64,000 nt of DNA from NCBI GenBank assembly GCA_050250895.1, contig JBFWNU010000007.1, forward strand, positions 320,001-384,000, read 5' to 3'. The stretch is from Vulcanimicrobiota bacterium (GTDB taxonomy: Bacteria > Vulcanimicrobiota > Xenobia > Xenobiales > JADMJV01). Under the pieces are notes generated by a model. That model had not been told where the DNA came from, ran no database searches, and saw only the letters and a program-made list of their open reading frames with translations. Positions within the stretch are counted from its first letter, which is position 1, and each line of letters opens with the position of its first letter. This document shows positions 35,718 to 44,197 of this stretch, piece after piece. The position numbers were made by a program, and so were the translations under genes.

Positions 35718-36182
35718 ATGAACTACGATGCTTTTGTTCGGGGGGCATTCGATAGGTTTTATAACAATGGAACGCTGGGCCGTGGCGCGCATTTTCGTCG
35801 CCTGGACGGAGCCCAGAGTCGCGACTGCCAGACCCGCCTCGAACAGGAGATGGACACGGTCGTCACCAAAGACAACCAGCCCGGAGACCTGGATTTTCGT
35901 AAAGGCATCTACAAGCGCCTCGAAGGTCTCACCTCGGTTACCACCAATTACATCGGCGACGCTACCGAAGGCGAAGCCATGACCACGACCAAGGGTGGAA
36001 TCATGTCGATGCCCGAGGACACTACGGCGACCCGCTACCGCCCGGAACGCATCGATCAACTCCAGGTGGACTTCCTCGACCCCAATGGCCGAGTCAAGAT
36101 GGTGGCCACCCACGTCGATCGCGCCACCGGCGAGGCCTACGTCGAAGAAATGGAGTGGAACATCCACGGCGCCAACCGGTAG
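35718..36182 (+). CDS. hypothetical protein
   Basis: 154-aa ORF with typical codon usage; DNQPGDLD motif; no family recognised. Confidence 0.7.
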   Translation: MNYDAFVRGAFDRFYNNGTLGRGAHFRRLDGAQSRDCQTRLEQEMDTVVTKDNQPGDLDFRKGIYKRLEGLTSVTTNYIGDATEGEAMTTTKGGIMSMPEDTTATRYRPERIDQLQVDFLDPNGRVKMVATHVDRATGEAYVEEMEWNIHGANR

Positions 36183-36200
36183 GCAACCCCTCCGATGAAA

Positions 36201-36220
36201 CTACTAGCCGCGTCTAGTAG
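36201..36220 (+). terminator. inverted repeat CTACTAG-ccgcgt-CTAGTAG downstream of the 35718..36182 gene
   Basis: Perfect 7-bp stem but only a weak U-tract. Confidence 0.35.
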
Positions 36221-36264
36221 CTCTGTGTCTCACCGAGCTTTCGAGGGTTTGCTATACTGTGAGA

Positions 36265-36334
36265 GCAGAAGTTCCCAAGACTGCGGCTCCGGCGGACGAA
36301 ACCCCTCACACCTCCCGCCGGAGTTTATTTTTTT
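36265..36334 (+). ncRNA. candidate small RNA or attenuator leader with intrinsic terminator
   Basis: Extended -10 TGcTATACT (36250-36258); short hairpin GCAG..CTGC; 9-bp stem CTCCGGCGG/CCGCCGGAG (36287-36323) with a C-rich loop; TTTATTTTTTT tail. Confidence 0.55.
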
Positions 36335-36371
36335 AGAGGGGCCGGCTGCCTTTTCGTGAAGCTTTGCGCCC

Positions 36372-37853
36372 ATGGACATGCGGGCCGAGTTCGAACAACT
36401 CCAGACGCAATTGCCCGGGCTCTGGCGCCGGGTTCGACAGGACTCCAAGCATCCCGTCACCGTGGTCGCTCTGCCCTCGGTCTCCCTCGACCTCGAGGGC
36501 ATGGCCGACTCTGAGAACCTCAACTACTTTGAAGAGCGGATCTTTTACCTCTTCAACATGTTGCGGCGGCCCAACACTCACCTGATTCTGATCACCTCGC
36601 ACCTCATACCGGAAGCTCTCATTTCCTATCACCTCCACCTGCTGCCCGGAGTGCCATATTCCCACTCGAGACCGCGGGTTTCTTCGTTCACCACCGGCGA
36701 CTTCTCGACCCGGCCGCTGGCGGCCAAGCTGCTGGATCGACCGGCTCTTCAGAAGCGGGTGCGTCAGGCCATCGGGCCAGGCGACGCCTACCTCAACTGC
36801 TACACTACCTCGGACCTGGAACGTCAGGTAGCGGTCTCGCTAGGCCTTCCTTTGATGGGGCCCCATCCGGACCATCAGATCTACGGAAGCAAGAGTCGCT
36901 CGCGTGAACTCTTTCGGGAACTCGTCATTCCGTGTCCGCGGGGTGAAGAGAATTTGCGGAGTCTTGACGATCTGTGTCAGGCACTGTCTCGATTGAGCCA
37001 GTGGCCGGGTCTCGAACGCGCCGTGATCAAGCAGAACTACACCATCTCGGGCCTGGGCAACGCGGTTTTTCCCCTGGCCGGACCCGAGAGCCCCGACCAG
37101 ATTCGGGACCGATTGGCCGCCGATGTGCGGCTCGGGAAGAAACTGGTCTGGGATAGTTATCTCCAGCGCTTCGAGAGACTGGGTGGGGTAGTCGAAGAAT
37201 ACATCCATGGTGACCCTTGTAGCGTGCAGGTCCGCATCAATCCTATCAACGAGGTCGAGGTCGTTTCGACCCACGACGAACTCAAAGGTGGGGGAGAAGA
37301 GCAAACCTATGTAGGCTGTCGGTTTCCGGCTTATCCTGACGCCTTGCCTCGGCTCCATGACTACGGGAGACGGGTAGGCCAGCGCCTGAGCGATGCCGGG
37401 GTGGTGGGACGCTTCGATATCGACTTTCTGGCCGTCGAAGGGTCGGCCGGCACCGACGCGTGCGCCCTCGACATCAACCTTCGCAAGAGCAACACCACCT
37501 TGCCGTTACGCACTTTGCAGTTGCTCATCGGGGGGACCTACGATGCCGATACCGGCATCTATATCGCCGATTTTGCCGAACCCCGCTACTACATCAGTTC
37601 GGATAAACTCGGGGGCGGACGTCTGCAGGGCATGCTTCCCGAAGACTTGATCGATATAGCCACCTACACCGGTATCCACTACTCCTCGGCCTCTCATACG
37701 GGCACGGTCTTTCATATGTTGGGCGGTTTGTCCGAGTTGGGGATGGTTGGGGCTACCTGTATCGAAAAGACCCCCCGCGATGCCGAGAACTTGTACCGTC
37801 GCACCAGAGAAGTCTTAGAAAGAGAGTTTCGCAGTTACGCTTGGATGATCTAA
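36372..37853 (+). CDS. PGM1-related ATP-grasp peptide ligase
   Basis: VVALPSVSLD...YFEERIFYL, GSKSRSRELF, SGLGNA, VVEEYI, SVQVRI, STHDEL, GCRFPA, GRFDIDF, DINLRKSNTT. Confidence 0.8.
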   Translation: MDMRAEFEQLQTQLPGLWRRVRQDSKHPVTVVALPSVSLDLEGMADSENLNYFEERIFYLFNMLRRPNTHLILITSHLIPEALISYHLHLLPGVPYSHSRPRVSSFTTGDFSTRPLAAKLLDRPALQKRVRQAIGPGDAYLNCYTTSDLERQVAVSLGLPLMGPHPDHQIYGSKSRSRELFRELVIPCPRGEENLRSLDDLCQALSRLSQWPGLERAVIKQNYTISGLGNAVFPLAGPESPDQIRDRLAADVRLGKKLVWDSYLQRFERLGGVVEEYIHGDPCSVQVRINPINEVEVVSTHDELKGGGEEQTYVGCRFPAYPDALPRLHDYGRRVGQRLSDAGVVGRFDIDFLAVEGSAGTDACALDINLRKSNTTLPLRTLQLLIGGTYDADTGIYIADFAEPRYYISSDKLGGGRLQGMLPEDLIDIATYTGIHYSSASHTGTVFHMLGGLSELGMVGATCIEKTPRDAENLYRRTREVLEREFRSYAWMI

Positions 37854-38305
37854 CGACCCACGAGAAGCACATTCGTCGCACCATGGAATTGGCCCGCCAA
37901 TCGGTCAATCGTGGCAACCATCCCTTCGGGGCTCTACTCGAGCGCAACGGCTATGTGGTGATGGAGGCCGAGAACACCGTCAACGACGAGGGCGATTGCA
38001 CCGGTCACGCCGAGCTCAACCTGGTGCGCAAGGCCACTCGCGAGCTAAGCTCTCAACAAGTAGCCCAGGCCACCCTCTACACCAGCACCGAGCCCTGTCC
38101 GATGTGTGCGGGAGCCATCTTCTGGGCCGGCATCAGCCGCATCGTCTATGGCGTTCCAGCCGCCGCCCTGATAGAGTTGACCGGCTGCGGTTTTGACTAT
38201 CAAAGCTCCCAACTCTATGAGTGGTCGACCAGTCCCCCGGCGGTGATCGGACCGGTTTTGGCCGAAGAGGGCTTGGAAATTCACCGGAAGTTCTGGAAAC
38301 CATGA
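37841..38305 (+). CDS. zinc-dependent nucleoside/nucleobase deaminase (CDA fold, guanine-deaminase-like)
   Basis: PFGA, HAE, LYTSTEPCPMCAGAI. Confidence 0.9.
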   Translation: MDDLTTHEKHIRRTMELARQSVNRGNHPFGALLERNGYVVMEAENTVNDEGDCTGHAELNLVRKATRELSSQQVAQATLYTSTEPCPMCAGAIFWAGISRIVYGVPAAALIELTGCGFDYQSSQLYEWSTSPPAVIGPVLAEEGLEIHRKFWKP

Positions 38306-38964
38306 GTCGCAGTAGCCTCGGCCTGGAGAGTCGTCTCTACGACTACCTTTTGGCGGTATCTCTCAGAGAACCGCCGGTGATGACCGCTCTGCGCAATGAA
38401 ACGGCCAGCATGCCCCAGGCATCCATGCAAATCTCGCCCGAACAAGGCCAATTCATGGCTCTGCTGATCGAACTGCTGGGCCTCAAAGAGGTGCTCGAGA
38501 TCGGCACGTTCACCGGTTATAGCGCTCTCGCCATGGCGCGGGCCCTGCCCGAGGATGGCCGACTGGTGGCCTGCGATGTTTCTGAGGAATGGACCGCCAT
38601 CGCTCGCCGTTACTGGCACGAAGCCGGGGTAGCCCATAAGATCGACTTGCGCCTGGGTCCGGCGCTTGCCACCCTGGAGGCTTTGCGAGCCAACGGCCGC
38701 CGCTTCGACCTCGCCTTCATCGACGCCGACAAGACGAACTATCGAAACTACTACGAGGTGGCTCTCGAGCTTTTACCGGCGGGTGGCCTGGTGGTGGTCG
38801 ATAACGTGCTCTGGTCGGGGCGGGTGGTCGAGGCCGGAACCAACGACCCGGATACGGTGGCGATTCGCAGCTTCAACCGCTTCGTCCATAGCGACGAGCG
38901 GGTCAGTATCAGTCTGTTACCGGTTGGAGATGGCTTGCTGTTAGCTCGCAAACGAGCTATTTAG
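38302..38964 (+). CDS. class I SAM-dependent O-methyltransferase (caffeoyl-CoA OMT family)
   Basis: MQISPEQGQF, LEIGTFTGYS, FDLAFIDADK, DNVLWSG; ATGA overlap with the upstream gene. Confidence 0.93.
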   Translation: MSRSSLGLESRLYDYLLAVSLREPPVMTALRNETASMPQASMQISPEQGQFMALLIELLGLKEVLEIGTFTGYSALAMARALPEDGRLVACDVSEEWTAIARRYWHEAGVAHKIDLRLGPALATLEALRANGRRFDLAFIDADKTNYRNYYEVALELLPAGGLVVVDNVLWSGRVVEAGTNDPDTVAIRSFNRFVHSDERVSISLLPVGDGLLLARKRAI

Positions 38965-39400
38965 CCTTTTTGTCTTTCACCCAGGCGTGGTAGGCGTCGA
39001 TCAATTCGGCGCCTTCTTTGAAGGCCTTGTCAAGTTCTTGGTGCTGGCGCTTCATGGTCTTGAGGTCGGGATCTTTCTTCTCGATCTTCTCTAATTCTTC
39101 ATTGGTGTATTCCATGACGCGACCCACGAAGGTCGCCAGTCTGTCGGCCTTGCGCCCGGCCTTTTGCTCGTCGGCGACAAAGCTCTCTACCGCTTTGTGG
39201 ATAGCTCGAATGCGCGCCTTGTGCTCGGGAGGCAACTTGGAGAGCGCCAGACCGAACTCTTTGGTCGCGGCGTCGAAATTGGCCCGAGTGTCGACCGGCT
39301 TTGCGTCGTTGAGTTTGAACTCGCCGCTGGTCTTCTTGGGAGCTGGCGGCGGGACCTGACCGAACAGGATCTGATCGCGCAAAATCGGCGGGATAGCCAT
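38957..39400 (-). CDS. hypothetical Lys-rich alpha-helical protein
   Basis: MAIPPILRDQILFG... 147 aa. The upstream extension in the ORF track overlaps the SLT gene and was discarded. Confidence 0.7.
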   Translation of the reverse strand: MAIPPILRDQILFGQVPPPAPKKTSGEFKLNDAKPVDTRANFDAATKEFGLALSKLPPEHKARIRAIHKAVESFVADEQKAGRKADRLATFVGRVMEYTNEELEKIEKKDPDLKTMKRQHQELDKAFKEGAELIDAYHAWVKDKKAK

Positions 39401-39518
39401 GCTGGAAGGGTTCGACTCGGGGGCCTCGCGGTCCCCCCAGGGGGGCCACGCCTGGTCCCGCAGGGGGTCAAAGAAAAAAGCCGCGAACGAATCGCGGCTC
39501 CGGGTGCGGTGTTCGCGT

Positions 39519-40286
39519 TTAGCGGCTGTGCAAACCCAGAATCTTCTCGGGATACTCCGCCACCTCGCGATACTTGTTGGCGGCGCCACCTTTGTAGATG
39601 AGGCGGCAGGCGTAGTAGAGGGGAGAATTCGCGGCCGACGTGCCGACCAGCTGGTTCCAGTCGCGAGGGTCGAGGCCCATATCGTAAGCCCGCGCCATGG
39701 CCCGCATAATCGTGCCCCCACCGCCGTTGAAGGCAGCCAGCTCGAGATGAGCCAGGCTCTCGCCTTCGGGCAGACCGATCCGGTCGAATGCCTGCTGCAC
39801 TTTGTCGCCGTAGGGGCAGCGTTTTTCAGGACGGTTCAGCAGGATGCCATAATAGTTTCCCGGCTCGAGGATCACGCGGTGCTTTTCTTGCAACACCGCC
39901 ACGCCCACCGGCAGAGAAGCCGAGGGGTCGAGTCGTTGGGCCAGGGGCAGCTTGAAGCGCGTAGCCGTGTCGGGGGTCAACTGCACCAGACCGGCGGCGC
40001 CGGTGGGACTGATGGCGTTAGGGCGGAAGGAGCTTTCGACCGCCACCAGGGCTTTGAATACCATCGGAGAAAGCGGCCGGTCATGATCGACCCAGCGCTC
40101 GGAAACGGCGTTGAGGATCATCCCGTTATACCAGTTCTCTCGCGGCCCGTAGCCCCACTCGGTGTAGAGGTCCCGAGGGCTCTGATAGAGGGCTGTTTCG
40201 ACCTGGCTCTCTTCGAAGGGTACCGGTCCAGCCAGGGCCGTCATCGTAGTCAACAAAAGACAACAAGCGAGGAAAAAATTGCGCAT
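39519..40286 (-). CDS. secreted lytic transglycosylase (SLT domain)
   Basis: Signal peptide; ALVAVESSFRPNAISPTGAAGLVQL; LAAFNGG. Confidence 0.88.
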   Translation of the reverse strand: MRNFFLACCLLLTTMTALAGPVPFEESQVETALYQSPRDLYTEWGYGPRENWYNGMILNAVSERWVDHDRPLSPMVFKALVAVESSFRPNAISPTGAAGLVQLTPDTATRFKLPLAQRLDPSASLPVGVAVLQEKHRVILEPGNYYGILLNRPEKRCPYGDKVQQAFDRIGLPEGESLAHLELAAFNGGGGTIMRAMARAYDMGLDPRDWNQLVGTSAANSPLYYACRLIYKGGAANKYREVAEYPEKILGLHSR

Positions 40287-40399
40287 ACATCTCCCGATAA
40301 GTTGAGGGTTGTTCAAATCTTCTCGCTCCTCTCTTGGTAGCCTTCTCTTTCAAGGAAATTTAAGGTGGGTGAACTAGTCTGATTCCAAGGAGACACGCC

Positions 40400-40942
40400 A
40401 TGCACATCAGCCAGCTAACCACGCCAGTAGCCCGTCGGGCTAATACCTCGGGACCAGCCCCCGAGCAGGATCAACCGGCCGAGATTCGCGAGCAACTCGA
40501 CCTGAATCAGACCGCCCCTGAGGACAAGAACCTTTTCTACTCTGGCGCGCGTGCGCTGGTCAGCGGTGTCGGCGGAGTGATCGGCGGTGTCGCCGGCCTG
40601 CCCTTCGGAGCCTATCGCGGCGCCGTCAGCAAGAATTTTCAAGTCAAGCCCGAGTATGTCTCGGCTGTTCGCCTGGCTGGAGCCCTCGGAGTCACGGGCC
40701 TGGGTATCGCTGCCAATGTCACCGGCTGGGCCGCAACCACGCTGGGCATCGACCCGGTGATCGGCACGGCCGCCAGCGTGTTGCTCGGCCCGATCGTCGG
40801 TTCAGCTGTAGCCAACGGTGCGGTCGGAGTCGGCGAAGGCCTGGTGGCCGGTGGTGTCGGTGGCGTCCAGGGCGTTTTCGCCGGCGGCCGTGGTGGTGCC
40901 AAAGTGGGCGCTTCCATCGTCGACTGGGTAGCCGGACGCTAA
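40400..40942 (+). CDS. hypothetical Gly-zipper-rich membrane protein
   Basis: AAGGAG RBS; polar leader, then several GxxxG-rich hydrophobic segments. Confidence 0.8.
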   Translation: MHISQLTTPVARRANTSGPAPEQDQPAEIREQLDLNQTAPEDKNLFYSGARALVSGVGGVIGGVAGLPFGAYRGAVSKNFQVKPEYVSAVRLAGALGVTGLGIAANVTGWAATTLGIDPVIGTAASVLLGPIVGSAVANGAVGVGEGLVAGGVGGVQGVFAGGRGGAKVGASIVDWVAGR

Positions 40943-40988
40943 CGGAGCCCGCGCTTCACTGGCGCTCGTTAGCCAGGATTGCAGCCTT

Positions 40989-41426
40989 TCAACCCCGCTC
41001 AAATAGGATGTAGGTCACCCTTCCGTCAGGCTCGGTTTGCACCAGCAGGCGGTGCTGGGGATAGCTCATGGTCAGGCGCGCGGCCTGATCGTCGGCACTC
41101 AGGTGAGCTTTGGTGGTGTGGTCGGGTTGGCCCAGCACGGCTTGTAATTGGCCAGCGGCCACGAGCCGACCGTTGACTTCGAGCTGGTGACCGGTGACGC
41201 GCCACACTTTTCCCTGGCTGAACTCGACGTCAGGGGTGTAAGTCGAGAGGTCGTCGGAGTCTCTTTCTCCTAGCTTATTGACCTCGGCCTGGCTCATGCC
41301 CAGGCCGACACCGGCGATGGTGACCTGGGTGGGTCGCATCCAGAAGGCCAGGCCGGCGATGATGGCCAGCAAGGCCACCACTTCGAAGATGCGTCGGGAT
41401 CGAGTGGGGGGAACGAGACTGCTCAC
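40989..41426 (-). CDS. hypothetical single-pass membrane protein
   Basis: N-terminal TM, then IAGVGLGMSQAEV and LQAVLGQPD motifs; preceded by an extended -10. Confidence 0.7.
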   Translation of the reverse strand: MSSLVPPTRSRRIFEVVALLAIIAGLAFWMRPTQVTIAGVGLGMSQAEVNKLGERDSDDLSTYTPDVEFSQGKVWRVTGHQLEVNGRLVAAGQLQAVLGQPDHTTKAHLSADDQAARLTMSYPQHRLLVQTEPDGRVTYILFERG

Positions 41427-41593
41427 CCGCTTAGCCTAGCATAACGACTGCAAGTGCGTCCACCACCGGGCCCTCCGTTTGATCTCCGCGTCAGAACCCA
41501 GTCAGCGCGTGCGTTCAAGTCCCTCTACCTGCGTACTTCCAGCTGGAAGACCGGTAGTGCCAGCGACCCGCCGACGGAACATCCATGGAATGA

Positions 41594-41639
41594 TTGACCT
41601 CCAGACATTTGTCTGTTAGGATAGCCAGACAAATGTCTA
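41594..41639 (+). promoter_or_regulatory. lexA promoter TTGACC-N17-TAGGAT with two CAGACA-N2-TGTCT(G/A) palindromes (candidate LexA operators)
   Basis: -35 at 41594-41599, -10 at 41617-41622; palindromes at 41602-41615 (in the spacer) and 41626-41639 (over the start codon). Confidence 0.8.
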
Positions 41640-42202
41640 CCCGAGAGAAGATTTACGCTTATGTTCGCCAGCGTCTGATGGAGGGGGCGCCCCCCACAAT
41701 TCGTGAGGTCCAGCGCGCCATGGGGCTAAAAGCCGTCGAGTCGGCTCGCAGTCATCTCGAGGCCCTGGTGGCTGAAGGGCGGCTGGTCAAGCAGAGTGGC
41801 CAGGCGCGGGGCTATGCTTTACCTGACGAGTTTCCGGCCGTGATGCAGGTGCCGCTGCTGGGCAGCGTGGCCGCCGGTGAGCTCAGCCTGGCTCTGCAAG
41901 AGCCCGACGGCTTCGTGCCGGCCGAGCGCCGTTCCGGAGAATTCTTTGCCCTCAGGGTAAGGGGGCTCAGCATGCAGAGGGCGGGTATCTTGCCCGACGA
42001 TCTGGTGATCTGCCGGCGCACGCCCACGGCCTCCGAGGGTGATATCGTGGTGGCTCTGGTCGAGGATGAAGCCACCGTCAAGCGATTTCGCCGTCGGGGC
42101 GGCCGGGTCGAACTGCACCCCGAGAACCCCGATTTCGAAGTGATCGTGCCCGAGCAGCTGGTGATTCTGGGCAAGGTAGTCGAGGTGCGGCGCCATCTAT
42201 GA
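41633..42202 (+). CDS. lexA: SOS repressor LexA
   Basis: PPTIREV HTH; VAAG cleavage site; LRVRGLSM catalytic Ser; EATVKR catalytic Lys; ILGKVV. Confidence 0.95.
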   Translation: MSTREKIYAYVRQRLMEGAPPTIREVQRAMGLKAVESARSHLEALVAEGRLVKQSGQARGYALPDEFPAVMQVPLLGSVAAGELSLALQEPDGFVPAERRSGEFFALRVRGLSMQRAGILPDDLVICRRTPTASEGDIVVALVEDEATVKRFRRRGGRVELHPENPDFEVIVPEQLVILGKVVEVRRHL

Positions 42203-42897
42203 GACTGTCAGCCATTCAAAAAGGCCTGAGTTTACTGCCTTCGACCACCCTCGAGTGGGGCTTCGAGGGGTGTCAGGGGCGGCTGGTCGAGCTCTCGGGC
42301 GAAGCTGTCCTGAGCGGGGTCATCGAGCTGGTGGCTGAAGCCCAGCACGCCGGCGAGATGGTGGCCTGGGTCAGCTCTGGCCAGCAGCCGTTCTTTCCTC
42401 CCGACGCGGCTCGGGCCGGGCTGGCTCTCGAAGAGCTGGCGGTCATCCTGCTCGAAGACGGCCAGCAAGCGACTCGAGCCACGGTGCGATTGTTGGCCAG
42501 CGGGGGCTTTGGCCTGGTGGTGCTCGATACCCTCTCGTTCGCCGGGCGCTTGCGCTATCCACCCGCCCTGCTCAGCCACTGGGTCGGTCTGACCCGCAAA
42601 CATCACGCGGCCATGGTCGTTTTGACCGATAAGACCGCCCGTCAGGCCTCAGTGAGTTCGCTCGTCTCGCTGCGGGCCGAGTTCTCTTCGACTTCGATCC
42701 AGGAGGTGACCATTCATGTCCTCAAAGACAAGCGACACGGCCCGGGCCGGCACTGGCAACGACGATTTCTCTTGCCGCACGGCCTGCGTGGTGATTCCCG
42801 CTTTCGAGATTCAAGAGATTCTTCGCCGTCGCCCCGACTGGCGAGAATTTCCGGTGGCCTGGGTGTCGGCCCAAAAGCCCACCGCCAAGCTCCTTGA
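42199..42897 (+). CDS. imuA: ImuA / RecA-like mutasome accessory protein
   Basis: GRLVELSG, VAWV...FFPPDAARAG, LLASGGFGLVVLD, SSLVSLR, KDKRHGPG; sits between lexA and imuB. Confidence 0.8.
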   Translation: MRLSAIQKGLSLLPSTTLEWGFEGCQGRLVELSGEAVLSGVIELVAEAQHAGEMVAWVSSGQQPFFPPDAARAGLALEELAVILLEDGQQATRATVRLLASGGFGLVVLDTLSFAGRLRYPPALLSHWVGLTRKHHAAMVVLTDKTARQASVSSLVSLRAEFSSTSIQEVTIHVLKDKRHGPGRHWQRRFLLPHGLRGDSRFRDSRDSSPSPRLARISGGLGVGPKAHRQAP

Positions 42898-44197
42898 GGT
42901 CAACTCGCTGGGTCGCTGTTCTGGCTTGCGACCGGGCATGCAATATTCGGTCGCGTTGTCGGTGGTGCCCGAACTCCGGGCTGACTGTCTGTCCGAGCAA
43001 GAGGTTCAGGCGGCCAGCGGGCAGGTGGCCGGGTTGCTGCGCAAGTTCAGCCCCGAACTCGAGATCGCTAAGGAACAGTCGGGGGTTTTCTGGTTGGGGG
43101 CGGGCGGACTCGAGCCGCTCTTCGGGTCGCTTAAGGAGTGGGCCGAAGAATTGGCTCAAGAACTGGCTCGTCAGGGCTGGATGGCCAGCCTGACGGTCGG
43201 CTTTAGTCGCTTTGGCAGCTATGCGGTGGGGCTGGCTGCTGAGGGGGTGGAAGTGCTCGAAGATGCCGCCCACGAGCAGAAAAGGGCGCTCCAGAGCGAG
43301 CTTTCATGCTTTGGCCTCGAGGTGGCCACCCTGCTGGCCCTCGAGCAACTGGGGGTGAGGCGACTAAAAGAGCTGTTGGCGCTACCCGCCAATGGCCTGC
43401 GTGAGCGCTTTGGCAACCAGGTTTTCGAGTTGCACCGGCAGGCTGCCGGGGGGCTCTGGTCGCCTTTGCAGTTGACTCCCGAGCTCGAGCCATTTCGTTT
43501 AGAGAGTCACTTTGACTACGTGCAGCCGGCCAGTCAGGGGTTGCTTTTTCTGGTCAAGCGCTTGTTGGATCCGCTGCTGGGTCGGCTGATGCGCCGGGGT
43601 CTGGGGGTCGAAGTGCTCCATCTGGAGTTTTTTCTAGAGGATGCACCGGTCTGTCATACCCGGCTCAAGCTGGCTTACCCGAGCCTCGAGCGGCGCAAAA
43701 TTCTAGAACTGGTCAGGCTGCGTCTCGACAATCTCGAATTGACTTCAGGGGTGGTGGGGCTGGCCGTCGAGGTCGAGCCAACGGCGCTCGAGCGTGAGCA
43801 ATTGTCTTTGTTCGAGCTTGATAGTCGGCGTTGTCAAGCCGATGCCGAACGTGCCCTGGCCCGTTTGAGAGCCGAGTTTGGCGAGCAGGCGGTAGTGCGG
43901 GTGCGCCTGCAAGAGGCGAATTTGCCGGCCGCTGCCTTTCTTTTCGAGCCCTGGCAGAAGAGGTCGCGCAAGGTGTCGCCACAACCCTATCAACCGGTGC
44001 GCATTCGCCGCTTTCATCGCCAACCCGAGCCTTTGAAGGGGCGGGTCGCTCTGGCTCAGGAGTTGCCCATCCGGCTGAGCGGCGGCTGGTGGAGAAACGA
44101 ATACGATCGAGACTATCACTACGGCCAGAGCGGGGCCAAGTTGCTGTGGCTTTATCGTGAGCAAGGAGTGTGGTTTGTCCAGGGCTGTGTGCAATAG
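42716..44197 (+). CDS. imuB: ImuB, inactive Y-family DNA polymerase
   Basis: ACVVIPAF, GLRPGM, FSPELE, LEQLGVRRL..L..LP...LRERFG, QLSLF clamp motif, LARLRAEFG, GGWW...RDY. Start uncertain. Confidence 0.85.
   Translation: MSSKTSDTARAGTGNDDFSCRTACVVIPAFEIQEILRRRPDWREFPVAWVSAQKPTAKLLEVNSLGRCSGLRPGMQYSVALSVVPELRADCLSEQEVQAASGQVAGLLRKFSPELEIAKEQSGVFWLGAGGLEPLFGSLKEWAEELAQELARQGWMASLTVGFSRFGSYAVGLAAEGVEVLEDAAHEQKRALQSELSCFGLEVATLLALEQLGVRRLKELLALPANGLRERFGNQVFELHRQAAGGLWSPLQLTPELEPFRLESHFDYVQPASQGLLFLVKRLLDPLLGRLMRRGLGVEVLHLEFFLEDAPVCHTRLKLAYPSLERRKILELVRLRLDNLELTSGVVGLAVEVEPTALEREQLSLFELDSRRCQADAERALARLRAEFGEQAVVRVRLQEANLPAAAFLFEPWQKRSRKVSPQPYQPVRIRRFHRQPEPLKGRVALAQELPIRLSGGWWRNEYDRDYHYGQSGAKLLWLYREQGVWFVQGCVQ

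Noticed and set aside
41427-41593. 167-nt intergenic region with a perfect palindrome CTTCCAGCTGGAAG, faint 6S-RNA-like words (CTTGAAC...GGGTTC on the minus strand) and a 47-codon GTG ORF
   Set aside because: I could not build a convincing rod structure and found no promoter/terminator pair or RBS. An Rfam search is needed before any claim.
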